Assembly: GCA_964016885.1 (NCBI GenBank)
Contig: OZ024743.1
Span: 352,904,001-352,968,000 of the forward strand
Direction of reading: 5' to 3'
Length of the DNA: 64,000 nt
Source: Eledone cirrhosa
Taxonomy: Eukaryota
Shown piece by piece: positions 62,200 to 64,000 of this stretch. Both the position numbers and the translations under genes were made by a program. Within the stretch, counting starts at the first letter, position 1. Each line of letters starts with the position of its first letter. A model generated the notes under the pieces. The model searched no databases. It worked only from the letters and a program-made list of their open reading frames with translations, and had not been told where the DNA came from.

Positions 62200-64000
62200 T
62201 GTTTATATATAGTCATAGTTCTTTCGTCACACACTCTGTGACCTCTTCAGTGACTGGGGATTCCTTTCTTTGTTTCTGTGTCTCTCCTTTGTTCTGTCCT
62301 ACGCCATTTTGTTTCTGTGTGTGTGTTGTGTGCTCAGTCTGCGCATGCGCCACATCCGGGTGTCTGTGTGTTTATGTTCATTTATTTATTTGTTTATTTA
62401 CATGTTACTGGTTGGTTGTTTGTTCTATGTGTGTGTGTGTTTTCATTTTGTCCTTAATTGTAAGTTGTGATGTTGATGTTGCACTCATATTTTCTATTTA
62501 ATTTTGGTTGTAATTCTTTTATGTTTATTGCCTCTGTAATTTGTCTAAACATTGCGTCTTTTCTGTGTGTAGATTCTATTTATATTTCTATGTTCTCTAA
62601 TTTACCCTTGTGTTCTATTTTAGCATGTTGGTAGAGTACAGATGATTCTTTATTATCTTGAAGGTCTCGCCAGTGTTCATTTATCCGTTCCCCTACACTA
62701 CGAGCTGTCTTACCTATGTACACTATATTTTTGTCTCTACATTGTCCTTCAGTACATCTTATGCTATACACTACATTTCTAGTTTTACAGTTAATATGGG
62801 GGCTTATTTTACAGGTTATACATTTCTTATCTATACATGAGGGTCTTTGAAAAGGGTATGTCTTGCTAATAAGTGTTTTTACGGAGGTACCTGGTCTTTT
62901 TACTATCTTAATATTGAGTTAATGTTTATTTAGGGCCCTTCTAAATTTGTAAGCTAATTCACCTCTAGGGGTTGTATCGATGAACATTACACTCTGGTAT
63001 TTATTGCTATCATACCATGAGTTTATTCTATTAGCCTTGTTCCTAGTTCTTTTTATTCTATTCCAAAATTTGCTCCTATACAAGGGGCAGGTCCCATTTA
63101 TGTCATTATTTACCATTTTTTCCCATTTGGTTCTGGCTCCTCTATACACTCTGATTTTATCTCTCTGATTGTAGCCAGAGAACTGCATACGGTGGATGAA
63201 GTGTTGTATGTGTCTCTCTAGTTCTTCGGGGTTTCACATGCGGGACACATTTCTCATCACCCGTACCAAATCCGCAATCAGTATGTTGATTTTGGTATGG
63301 TCCGAAATGGCCGAGTTTCGGTGGATCAGATGTTTGGAAGTCATGGGTTTGGCATAATGGTAATGGAGGATTTGTTTTTTGTTGTTAATGGTATCTAACC
63401 AGAGCTCTGTGTCTAGTACAGGTAATCGATGGTTGGGGTGTTTACTTGGGTAGTCTATAGTAACTCTAATGCTCTGGGGGATGGAGTTTGCTATTTGCTG
63501 GATGCTTTCCATTGTGTTTTTCTCTAGTTCCTGACTGTTCTCTAGTGGGGGTGTCTTAACTACGATGTTTATATCATCTAAGTAGCGGGAGTACATTATC
63601 AGGGTTAAGGGGTCTTCTAATTGTTCTTTAAGTTTAAGTTTAAGTCTACTGTCCCACCATACCATGAATAAGTTAGCTATGTCGCCTGCAATGCTAACAC
63701 CAATGGCTGCTCCTTCCTCTTGGGCATATGTTTTTCCATTAAATTTGAACATATGTCCCTTAAGGGTTAGTTTTATGCTGGCCCCTACCGCATGTGCAAT
63801 CATTTTCTTCAGTTCATCGTGGTTTTCGGGTGTCCGTATGGCTCTGGTCCACCCGTTCCATCTATCTGTGTGGGTTTTCTTGGCCATTGAGGTAATGGTA
63901 GGTGGTCTGCCTCTTGCTGGTCTTGTAGGGCACAGGTTGCTAAGGTCATATGTGTCTAAGTAATTATTACTATAGGTAAGCTTAAGTAGGAGTCCCAGCT
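62200..64000 (-). mobile_element. Penelope-like element (RT and GIY-YIG), disrupted, running off the right edge
   Basis: FKFNGKTYAQEEGAAIGVSIAGDIANLFM, YSRYLDDI, LPVLD, YAKPM; YSIRC..VYIGKTARSVGERINEH. Confidence 0.9.
62211..62255 (-). ncRNA. Minimal type I hammerhead ribozyme of the Penelope-like element
   Basis: Minus strand reads AGTCA-CTGAAGA-g-GTCACA-gagtg-TGTGAC-GAAA-gaac-TA^TGACT (stem I, core, stem II, core, minimal stem III). Confidence 0.8.

Overview
Eukaryotic, transposon-only window with no recognisable host gene. The tRNA-derived SINEs resemble octopus/coleoid repeats, which is an inference. Positions 1-53341 form a dense cluster of non-LTR retrotransposons built around (ATT)n/(AAT)n tracts. 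Eight Tx1-like (L1 clade, APE-RT) elements all lie on the + strand, mostly head-to-tail, each starting right after an (ATT)n tract. Four R4/Dong-like (RT-RLE) elements all lie on the - strand and use the same tracts as their (AAT)n tails. The Tx1-like copies carry three distinct 5'UTR+ORF1 cassettes (order A,B,A,B,A,[truncated],B,C) on a near-identical ORF2. In all seven copies that retain it, the ORF1-ORF2 spacer looks like a small GT-AG intron whose removal deletes the ORF1 stop and fuses ORF1 to ORF2 in frame. A 5'-truncated RNase H-bearing I-group fragment is nested in frame in the type C ORF1. The last ~10.6 kb holds an RTE fragment, two Penelope-like elements with hammerhead ribozyme motifs, SINEs, a MITE and microsatellites. 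No element has a fully intact coding region.
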